A stretch of 64,000 nucleotides of DNA from a virus, in IMG/VR virus record IMGVR_UViG_3300005732_000005, positions 64,001 through 128,000 of that record; one strand, 5' to 3'. Position numbers and translations under genes: made by a program. Position 1 is the stretch's first letter, and each line of letters begins with the position of its first letter. Below, piece after piece: positions 48,793 to 57,108 of the stretch. The notes under the pieces are model-generated. The model was not told the DNA's origin. It saw only the letters and a list, made by a program, of their open reading frames with translations, and searched no databases.

Positions 48793-49021
48793 CTTCCTGT
48801 TATAAGAGTCGTTAGCTCTTTCTGAGATCACTCTCAGTGTCGGGTCATATCACATTCCACGAGGGAATCCCACCGTTTCAGATACACTTGTATCCTACGA
48901 ACAACTACGTTCTGACCTCCGCACGTTCCCTTTCGGGCTTCGCTCAGGATTACCTCGTAAGGCTTCCCTGAATTAGATGGGTTTTTCGACATACATTGCT
49001 GTATGAAGCCACAATGAGTTT
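48793..49021 (-). ncRNA. Group I intron 2 (229 nt, no ORF) in polymerase motif C
   Basis: P1 CCAU|AA with UUGUGG (U.G at splice site); terminal G; P10 UCAUU/GAUGA; P7 GAGGUCA/UGACCC; removal restores YYHDE. Confidence 0.9.
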
Positions 49022-49354
49022 ATGGTAGTAAATGGTCCTAGCTACACCCTTATCCAACAAACCTTCTTCTAAAGCTCTCTCGTGCCACAAAATACCTGCC
49101 AAATCCATCCCTATAGCTCCTGCACTTTGGAGATAACAATTTAACAATGAGTGCTTACTTCGTGTCCAGATTTTTCTTCCGTCAACGGCAACGATATACT
49201 TTTTACCTGAAGATTCCCAAACTTTCTCTAGATGTTCCTTTCTTTTCTTTAATCCGATGTTTCCATCCCAGAAAGCATCAATAACTTTTTGTCCTACTTC
49301 CTTACTTACTCCTAACATATTTGCTATTTTAGGGGCTGCTGCACCATACATTAT
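49022..49354 (-). CDS. DNA polymerase family A, exon 2 (111 codons)
   Basis: IMYGA...DGRKI...SKHSLLNCYLQSAGAI...YYH. Confidence 0.9.
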
Positions 49355-49648
49355 CGTTACAGTCACACAAGGTCGTTAATCTTGCGCGGTTCTCTTATGA
49401 ACTCCTGTACGTCTCCGTACAGACTAGACTATATCTTTCTCTTCAACTTTACTTGTTAAGAGATCTGCCGTTTCGATTTAAAGCTTTCCGCTACCACTTG
49501 GCTCTACTCCCATCTCAGGGATAGTCGTTACACGTTCAAGAACATAATGTTCAAGCTTCGCTCGGTATTGTCTCTTCAAAAGAAGTAACTTCCACCGAAT
49601 TAGACAGTATTCAATTATAGGTTTCCCTATAAAGGGGCTAATTATTTA
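49355..49648 (-). ncRNA. Group I intron 1 (294 nt, no ORF) in polymerase motif B
   Basis: P1 GGU|UAA with UUAGCC; P7 ACGACUA/UAGUCU and AAGAUAUAGUC S element; terminal G; removal restores RQGGKGITYG|IMYG. Confidence 0.93.
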
Positions 49649-51607
49649 ACCATAAGTGATGCCTTTGCCACCTTGCCTAGTTACCTCCCTTCCTGCAGCC
49701 TTGGAGTAGTTTTCAGCATTTCTTGAGTGAGCATCTTCTTCCTCCATTATCCTAAGATATTCTCCTCCGTCAAAGTCATAGGCTGCCCACGCTGCACACA
49801 TCCCTTCCAAGTTACTACCATCGATACCTAGTTGCCAGAATCCTTTTGGAACGGTGAATAAGCTCCTCATTTCATGACCTAAAAGTGCATCTGTAGAAGG
49901 TATATTTGCTATAACTGAGTGTTTTCTGCGATTCGTATTGGTCAGACCACTATATCTTGCAGGTAATTTACCATCTATTTTCAGACGAGGGTGGTTCAGC
50001 CAACCAGTTTCCTTATCTTCGTCAAAAGCTTTAATTACCGACCTCCTGTTACGAAGAGATAGCCACTTAACTATCTGACCCGCCATCTCACCATCAATCT
50101 TTTCCAGATTAGGGCAAAGCTCCCCACGATCATCTTTCAACTTTGCAGACATCGGTAAGAATCTTCCCTTTTTAACCACCCTTTGCATATCTTTGTGCTT
50201 CTCAGAGGTGATTTTCCTAATATCGAAGCCCATCTCCTCATTAATCCATTTTATGTAGATGGAGTCCTTCTTATCCTGCACCCATTCCCATGCCCTTTCC
50301 AAGACTTCAAATTCTGGGCGGTTCTTCTTGTTCTCGTCTCTTGTAACATCTTTTGTTCCTAGTATGGTAGGTATCCAACCACCTTCCTTAACCAACCACT
50401 CCTTTATATCTGCCTGATTAGCTAGTTTCATCGGCTCTTTTAAGAACTCTTCTGGAATATGTCTATCCTCTAATTGTTTTCTTAGTTTCTTCATCTGGTC
50501 ATCAGGTAAAGGAACTAAGGTATTAGCTTTATTAAGCTGACCACGTATAAAATCGGGCATCTTATCTTCATCCTCCACACCCATCTTAATACAATAGTTA
50601 TAACCGTTCTTACTTAGAGATCCGTCCTTCTTAAAGGCAGTTTTCGGAGGAGATACGTGTTGAAAGTATTCCTCATTAGGTTTGTAGCCTAAATACTTTC
50701 TTGCATAGTTCCATCCGTGACTACTTATTTCCCCTGCCTTATCAAAAGGATTAGCTGGAAAGTTAGGTTGACGACTCTCAGGTACATGTTTTAAAGGCAG
50801 TTTGGGTTCCACATCTTCCTCTATTTCCCTCATCATACTATCCACTTTCTCAAGCAATTTCCAAGCAGCCTTTTCATCGAAGACTACTCCCTGCTCCTCT
50901 TGGATTTGCATCAGATAGTCTGATTGAGAATTTCTTAATAAGGGAACTCTCCAATCAATACCCTTATCCTTCCCATCCTGAGATTCTTTAACCAAAGCTT
51001 GCCATTGCAATTCATTTATGATCACATCAACCCATACTCTGTCGCAATACTTCCACAAAGGTAGCCCTCTCCAGTCTTCTATTTGAACTTTTTGATTTGC
51101 AAGCTTATAGCCCCAGCTCTCTAATGAATGGCTGCCAATCGTCTTAGCCTTACCTCCAGAAGGATTCTTAACCTTAGAGGGACATCCGTGAGGTAATGGT
51201 CGGTCAGGGTATAGTGCCCTTGACATACTTAGTGTATCAAACAATCTTAGTTTTCTACTACCAATACTTTCTGGAAACATACTTGATTCCAATCCAAATT
51301 GATCAGCGATTGCCAGCAAATCGAATCCAAACTGGTTTTGACAACCTATAGCAGAAATGTCAGAGTCGTTCTCAATCCAATCAGGAAACTCTTTTAAATC
51401 TTTAATTCTTAGGTTGACATTTTTCTTATCAACAAATTCTTTTGCTTCTTTAAACTCGGGATGGGAGTGATCAAGAAAGATCACCCAATCATCTTTTGCA
51501 TATTGTTTAAAGAGCATTACGTGAAAGTGCGTCATATGGTCTTCAGGTGCAATGCTTTTACCAGCTAAACCGTCACTTTCAGTATCGTAAATATATAAGC
51601 CCTTCAA
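49649..51607 (-). CDS. DNA polymerase family A, exon 1 (3'-5' exonuclease, motif A); spliced product 905 aa
   Basis: YDTESDG ExoI; HSLESWG; TNTNRRKH...NIPS; GIDGSNLE motif A; Tyr at the Pol I 762-equivalent site. Confidence 0.92.
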
Positions 51608-51620
51608 TACTTATCTCCTC

Positions 51621-53447
51621 TTAAAATGGTTCATCATCTTCCATATCTTCTTCGAAGTCGGGTAGAGGATCAAAGGTTTCTTCCTTCTCGTCGTCCCCTG
51701 CAACCGCTACCTCAGGTTCTTGATATCTTTGAACAGGTGTCCATTCACTCAACCTTTGACAGTATTCATCTTCAAGAAAGCCTTCAGGAGGCTCATCCAG
51801 AACCCCTGTATCTACATCATAGAACAAAGGTATTTTTGCTGTCCTACCGAACTTCCTATCATCTAGAACTAGGAAATGCCGTGTGTTTCTGACTTTTTCT
51901 GGTTGCTCAGGATCTTTATTGCCTTCTAATCCGAACATGTAGTGACAGGCTTGCATCATCGATCTAGATCCACGGAACTGACTACTCATAATCTTACCAC
52001 CAAACTCGTGAGAAGGACCTCTCTCGGGAGCTTTCAGGTGGCAAAAGCAGTAGTAAGTAAAACCTAAATCTTGACTCATCTTACTAATCTCATCAGCAAA
52101 TCTTTCCAACTCTGTGTTGGCTTCTGCAGCACTCATACCAGCAGTTAAACGAGTAATAGGATCAATAAAAATATCCTCTATATGCTCTACTAATACAGCG
52201 TGTCGTATAGCCCCCTTCAACTCATCCCAATTACAACGACCATAGTTATTGTACATCACTAATTTATGACCTACAGAGTCTACAGCTTCTGTCAATTCTT
52301 CATGAGTGAAGTAACTATTTTTAACAGTTTCATCTAAAGGGTTTCCCCATATATCTACTTCATTACCTTCGTTATTTATGAATATAATTTTCTCAGGATC
52401 AGAAAAGTTCTTCCTGTAAAACTTACCTGCTACTTTCTTGACAGTTTCATCTGGTTGCTCTTCAAATTTGAACAGAGCTACCTTTTGCGGATCTCCAAGT
52501 TTGTTTTTATCGTGAGTTGTTATGTGCTCAGTCAAAGTATCTACGATAACAGATTTACCCATCTTAACCCCTGCACCAAAGTAATACCCCTCGCCTATAC
52601 GTCTACCTAACGTAACTTTAGTAAGGCTTTTCCAAGGCCAAGGTTTACCTAGTGTAGGTAACTCAATAGCTTTATCACGGATTTCATCATATTTAACAAA
52701 ACCTTCAGGTGTAAACTGGATCGGCTTCATTAACGTCCAATAAAACTCTTCCTCTCCAAGTTCTTCCCAAGCTTCGCAAGGGTCTTTATCTTCAGGTAAA
52801 CTCACAACTTTGATATCTGGTAGGAGTCCATACACATTTGCCGTTGCTTCTTTACCCTTAACAATACCTTTTACTTTTTCATCGGCCGTTGCAGAATCGT
52901 TGTCAAAACATAGTATGTTTTCTGGGAACTTTTTCAAGTACTTTAAGTTATGTTTTTGGCCTATATTTTGAACTGCTGTAGCCGTACCGTTAGATATTGA
53001 AACAACACTTGGATTCCCAGAGGGATATTTGTTTTTTAGAGTTTGCCAAACAATCATGGCATCAAATTCACCTTCTGTGATCCAAATCTTCTTACCTCCA
53101 GTCTTATTGGATGCGTGAGTGCCAAACAAATCACATTTTATACCTTGATAACCAACCACATCAAAATGTCCTGCCTGCTGTTTAGGTTTTGTTAAATCTC
53201 TTTTCTTAAAACCTACAAGCTCTCCGTCAATGTGGTAAGGGAAGTAATAGGCGATAGGAGTTATACCGTCTTTACCACTGTAAGCAGTTCTAACACCGAA
53301 TTTCTCTGCAGTTTTCTTACCGATACCTCTACTATCGATCGCATCACAAGGGTAATTTAATATGTCCTCTAAAGTCTCTTTTGTGTAAGTCATCTTCTTA
53401 TTACCCCCTGTTCTTTTGTTCTTATAATAACCATCAGAATTTCCCAA
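51621..53447 (-). CDS. Primase-helicase (T7 gp4-like)
   Basis: TOPRIM ITEGEFDA and FDND; Walker A GAGVKMGKS; FIDPIT; FRGS; likely start ~53393. Confidence 0.92.
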   Translation of the reverse strand: MGNSDGYYKNKRTGGNKKMTYTKETLEDILNYPCDAIDSRGIGKKTAEKFGVRTAYSGKDGITPIAYYFPYHIDGELVGFKKRDLTKPKQQAGHFDVVGYQGIKCDLFGTHASNKTGGKKIWITEGEFDAMIVWQTLKNKYPSGNPSVVSISNGTATAVQNIGQKHNLKYLKKFPENILCFDNDSATADEKVKGIVKGKEATANVYGLLPDIKVVSLPEDKDPCEAWEELGEEEFYWTLMKPIQFTPEGFVKYDEIRDKAIELPTLGKPWPWKSLTKVTLGRRIGEGYYFGAGVKMGKSVIVDTLTEHITTHDKNKLGDPQKVALFKFEEQPDETVKKVAGKFYRKNFSDPEKIIFINNEGNEVDIWGNPLDETVKNSYFTHEELTEAVDSVGHKLVMYNNYGRCNWDELKGAIRHAVLVEHIEDIFIDPITRLTAGMSAAEANTELERFADEISKMSQDLGFTYYCFCHLKAPERGPSHEFGGKIMSSQFRGSRSMMQACHYMFGLEGNKDPEQPEKVRNTRHFLVLDDRKFGRTAKIPLFYDVDTGVLDEPPEGFLEDEYCQRLSEWTPVQRYQEPEVAVAGDDEKEETFDPLPDFEEDMEDDEPF

Positions 53448-53952
53448 TTTCCATCTCCTCTAACTTTTTCAAACCGTCACTAGCCTCACAAGCTAATCTA
53501 TCCGCTAAGTCATTCATTGGGTGGTCGGAATGCCCTTTTACCCACTCCCATTCTACAGAGTGATATTGGCAAAGCTTATCTAACTTTTGAATAAGGTCTT
53601 TGTTCTTAACATCCTTACCGTTAGCCGTTTTCCACCCTCGCCTTTTCCAACCACTCAACCAAGTTGTCATACATTGTATACAATACTTGGAGTCCGTTAT
53701 TAACTTCACATTGCAAGGCTCCTTTAAAGACTCCAATGCTAAGATACATGCTGTGAGTTCCGAGATATTGTTAGTCCCTTCAGGTATAGGATGCGAAATC
53801 TCTTTCATTTTACCTTTATACAACAAAACAACTCCTGCTCCACCATGATACTTAGTTTTGTCCTTTATTTGTTTTATAGCACTTCCGTCTGTGTAGGCTA
53901 CAACACACTTCCTCTCCCCACTCACAACTCTCTCCCCAAAACACCCACACAA
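53434..53952 (-). CDS. rnhA: Ribonuclease HI
   Basis: YTDGS; TNNISEL; TDSKY; VKNKDL; WVKGH...NDLADRLA. Confidence 0.95.
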   Translation of the reverse strand: MCGCFGERVVSGERKCVVAYTDGSAIKQIKDKTKYHGGAGVVLLYKGKMKEISHPIPEGTNNISELTACILALESLKEPCNVKLITDSKYCIQCMTTWLSGWKRRGWKTANGKDVKNKDLIQKLDKLCQYHSVEWEWVKGHSDHPMNDLADRLACEASDGLKKLEEMEIGKF

Positions 53953-54170
53953 TTATCCAAACTCCCTTCCACAAAACATTCCTTCACGACAACAAACCCT
54001 TTCTCAAGTAAACTTCTTGCTGTAAGGGTTGTGTAAATTCTTGCACAAGTGTTGTCCTTGTAATAACTAAAACTCTGTTTACCATTATCCATTTGGAACA
54101 CATATATTATTTTTCCAAAAGATATCTGTATAAGCATAGTTTTCTGAGCACTGGTTAATTTATCCATCAA
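53922..54170 (-). CDS. Hypothetical protein
   Basis: Operon packing. Confidence 0.5.
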   Translation of the reverse strand: MMDKLTSAQKTMLIQISFGKIIYVFQMDNGKQSFSYYKDNTCARIYTTLTARSLLEKGFVVVKECFVEGSLDNCVGVLGREL

Positions 54171-54361
54171 AACACCCTCATATCAAAACTATAATTTATC
54201 CGATGACATAACGCTTTTGCAGATTGTCTATCTATTCCTAATAAATCAGCAAATTGTTGGTGTAAATCTACTCCTTCTGCAATTAACAGATTTGCCTTAG
54301 GTTGTTTATACACTTTAACAAAAGCTAATATCTGTTCATCATTAATAAAAGTATAATCCAT
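54167..54361 (-). CDS. 64-aa protein resembling the PolA fingers (O-helix) subdomain
   Basis: AGGAGG RBS; GVDLHQQFADLLGIDRQSAKALCHRINY. Confidence 0.6.
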   Translation of the reverse strand: MDYTFINDEQILAFVKVYKQPKANLLIAEGVDLHQQFADLLGIDRQSAKALCHRINYSFDMRVF

Positions 54362-54746
54362 CTTGCTCTACCTCCTTTTCTTCGTAACAACTGTTCATAT
54401 GATCATACCACTCATCAAACTCTTCGTAAAGACTTTTATACTCACCTGATATAATGTAAGGCTCGAACATTTCAAAAAGGTTTTCTATCTGACTTTCATA
54501 GTTCTTCAGTTCCGCTGTACCTTTTACATGCAACAAATCATCTTCTGCTTCAATCATTTGAACACTTGTAAACCACCCTTTCCGACCATTATTAAAGAAT
54601 TTGTAATCTTTAAAATGAGGAGGGTAAATCTTATATGTAAAGTGTTCACTTTCGCTGTGTGGTTCTTTCAGCCACTCAATAAGTTCTATCAAGTTGGTAT
54701 CTTTCTGCAATACTAAGTCATACTTGAGTTCCGTATACATACCCAT
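54342..54746 (-). CDS. Hypothetical phage protein
   Basis: GGAGG RBS; MGMYTEL...LKNYESQIE. Confidence 0.65.
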   Translation of the reverse strand: MGMYTELKYDLVLQKDTNLIELIEWLKEPHSESEHFTYKIYPPHFKDYKFFNNGRKGWFTSVQMIEAEDDLLHVKGTAELKNYESQIENLFEMFEPYIISGEYKSLYEEFDEWYDHMNSCYEEKEVEQDGLYFY

Positions 54747-54748
54747 CT

Positions 54749-55069
54749 CTATCCTCCAATCTTCATAACAACATTATGTACCATTGCCAAATATTTTTCA
54801 GCAGCACGTTCCCATAATAAATCTTCCACTTGTTTAATGCAAACTTTAATATCTCCATCTTCTTCTAAATCAGATAATTTTATGTCCAACCTCTTTGGTA
54901 GGAGATCATAAGCATCCACATAAACCTCTATAATATAATTACAGAAAGACCAATCTACAGCAAGGAATTCATCTTCAAGTATACCTGTGATAACACCTTT
55001 TGTGATATCAGGGCAACCACTTTCCGTCTTTTCCAACCCAATCATCTTCGCCAATTCTACTTTATTCAT
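54749..55069 (-). CDS. Hypothetical protein
   Basis: Operon packing; start MNKVEL. Confidence 0.5.
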   Translation of the reverse strand: MNKVELAKMIGLEKTESGCPDITKGVITGILEDEFLAVDWSFCNYIIEVYVDAYDLLPKRLDIKLSDLEEDGDIKVCIKQVEDLLWERAAEKYLAMVHNVVMKIGG

Positions 55070-55277
55070 TACCACTCTCCATAAGACGACCCCACTCTTC
55101 ACTTAAAATCTTCTCTACAGATTCTCTGTGGTATTTCAATTGTGACAAATGATTCCATAAAACAGGATTCACTTCCACCTTAAAGAACTCTGGAGCAATG
55201 TCCTTAAACCCTTCATCAAGATTATAATACTCTTGAATCATTAATATTTCATATTCGTTTGGTAACTTACTCATCAC
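55062..55277 (-). CDS. Hypothetical protein
   Basis: Operon packing. Confidence 0.5.
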   Translation of the reverse strand: MMSKLPNEYEILMIQEYYNLDEGFKDIAPEFFKVEVNPVLWNHLSQLKYHRESVEKILSEEWGRLMESGNE

Positions 55278-55515
55278 CTACCCCTCTTTCTAAAACAGTA
55301 TTTTTATAAGAGTTTAGATCCCATTCAGTTGGGTCACCTTTACACCAAACACCTGCCTGACCTGAAAAATATTCCGACATATAATTTACAGTACTCCCTT
55401 TCTCAGCACAAAGCTTTTCAGCATAATAAATATCTACACCATCGATTGTTTGCCAAAAACAACCTGACAAGGATAGTACTCCTGCAGTAATAATTGACAT
55501 CTTAATTTTACTCAT
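55267..55515 (-). CDS. Lipoprotein
   Basis: Signal peptide with lipobox LSGC; GGAGG RBS. Confidence 0.7.
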   Translation of the reverse strand: MSKIKMSIITAGVLSLSGCFWQTIDGVDIYYAEKLCAEKGSTVNYMSEYFSGQAGVWCKGDPTEWDLNSYKNTVLERGVGDE

Positions 55516-55566
55516 AACAAATATTTCCTCCGTCTATCCACTATTTTAATATATTAATACCTATCT

Positions 55567-55587
55567 TTAGTGATTGTCAATCACTAA
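55567..55587. promoter_or_regulatory. Perfect 21-bp palindrome over the -35 of the leftward promoter
   Basis: TTAGTGATTG-T-CAATCACTAA containing TTGACA on -. Confidence 0.6.
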
Positions 55588-55626
55588 TTAGACAAATTTG
55601 TATTTATTTAAAATAATGTTATAATT

Positions 55627-55876
55627 AAGTATAGGGTGCAGGGAAAGCAGAGCTTTCTTTACGTCACCACCCTGATACTTGGTTAATCCTGTATAAACCA
55701 CTAGGTTTGATTAGGTTCGAAACTGATCACTATAAACGCTTAGAGGCAAAGCCTCAACGCTTAGGACTGAATCCGTTTAGTGGATAGCGTTAGCTATCTT
55801 CAGTATGTGGCATCACAATTTTCTTGACTAGCCAAATCTTCTAATACTTGTTGTATTGGGTGAAGTTCATCCCATC
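55627..55876 (+). ncRNA. Candidate structured ncRNA (~245 nt)
   Basis: ORF-free intergenic; TGTTATAAT at 55617-55625; at least seven stems visible. Confidence 0.55.
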
Positions 55877-56134
55877 TTAAAGGGTGTTTAATTTCCATTC
55901 TTCCTCCATACACTCTTTCATTCTTAAAGTTGTAGCATCATTCAAATACCAAGTATCAAAAGGTAGTTTACCTTGTTCACGTTCACTTAGTTCCAAATTA
56001 GCTAACCAAATCTTTGCATTAGTAAGGGCTGTGAAATTAGGATTACCCTTCCCTTTACCAATTGTATTATAATCAATAATTTGTTGACATTTTTCTCTTG
56101 TTACAATCACACCCACCTCCTCCAAAATTTCCAA
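55877..56134 (-). CDS. Hypothetical protein
   Basis: Operon packing. Confidence 0.5.
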   Translation of the reverse strand: MEILEEVGVIVTREKCQQIIDYNTIGKGKGNPNFTALTNAKIWLANLELSEREQGKLPFDTWYLNDATTLRMKECMEEEWKLNTL

Positions 56135-56397
56135 TCTTTATAAATAATCTGCCCGTTAAAGTGTACCTCTTTGAACCGAGATAAATCTTGGACAGAATAA
56201 CCTTGCTCATAATATGTATCTTGGTCAGTTGTTGTATAAAGTTTACCACTGTGAATTAATTGTTCACACCAAAAATGTTCCACATTATGTCCGATAATAA
56301 TTCTTGAAACATTAACAATACCTGTCCAAGTTATAGTTGTCAAGTAAGCATATTGTTTTTCACTAGTATCATTTTGCATAAAACTTTCCTTTGTCAC
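56107..56397 (-). CDS. Hypothetical protein
   Basis: Operon packing. Confidence 0.5.
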   Translation of the reverse strand: MTKESFMQNDTSEKQYAYLTTITWTGIVNVSRIIIGHNVEHFWCEQLIHSGKLYTTTDQDTYYEQGYSVQDLSRFKEVHFNGQIIYKDWKFWRRWV

Positions 56398-56504
56398 AAT
56401 AATTGCATGGTAACTTCTGAGGTTTTTGCCAACGGTAAATTGTCATTCCGTCTAGTTTATATCCTTCAGTGTATCCTTTATCTTTGCAGTGTTTACATTT
56501 TGGT

Positions 56505-56939
56505 TCACTCACTCTCCCACTCCTTAAACTGTTCTTCCAAGAACTCTACTGCATAAGGATCATTTGTTTGGAAACTACTATTGGAAAGCAATTCTTTGCA
56601 GAAACCCTCCAATACAGAAAATTTATCTTCAACAGGTGTTTTTGCCGAAGGTAGTTTATCTTTATAGTCTCCCCATTTAGGATTCCAATCTTTCCCAATA
56701 ATCAATCGTGCTCGCCAGTCTGACATATCCGCATAACGACCACTTTCATCAACAATAGTTACACTTACAGAATCAATTCCATCTACATGACGTTCAATCT
56801 GTTCTTGGATTTCTGCTGCTTGTGAAAGGCATTCTTTGATGGTACGTGACATACCTCCCATACTAATACATCCAAAATCACCTGCACTTTTAGGAGTGAG
56901 TTCTAAAGTAAAATCGAAACACACCATTTTTGTCATCAT
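56505..56939 (-). CDS. Hypothetical protein
   Basis: 144-aa ORF in operon. Confidence 0.55.
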   Translation of the reverse strand: MMTKMVCFDFTLELTPKSAGDFGCISMGGMSRTIKECLSQAAEIQEQIERHVDGIDSVSVTIVDESGRYADMSDWRARLIIGKDWNPKWGDYKDKLPSAKTPVEDKFSVLEGFCKELLSNSSFQTNDPYAVEFLEEQFKEWESE

Positions 56940-56948
56940 AATAACTCA

Positions 56949-57107
56949 TCACCTTCTTCCTCCACTATCAATACATTTCTTGCACATCACTTTATCAAAA
57001 GCTTTCCCCGTTAACAAGGAACTCTTTCCACAATAGTCACATTTTCTTCTAACACTCACTATTGCTAAGAGGAAAACTGTTATACAAATAAGAGCTACGA
57101 TACTCAT
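56949..57107 (-). CDS. Small membrane-anchored CxxC-CxxC protein (not in ORF track)
   Basis: MSIVALICITVFLLAIV...CDYC...CKKC. Confidence 0.5.
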   Translation of the reverse strand: MSIVALICITVFLLAIVSVRRKCDYCGKSSLLTGKAFDKVMCKKCIDSGGRR

Positions 57108-57108
57108 A

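Noticed and set aside
48367-51607. Polymerase as a pseudogene or three separate genes
   Set aside because: Both gaps have group I intron P1/P7/terminal-G features and exact removal restores motifs B and C in frame
55627-55876. tRNA, tmRNA or RNase P identity for the structured RNA
   Set aside because: No cloverleaf or CCA end, no tag reading frame, no GAGGAAAGUCC motif seen
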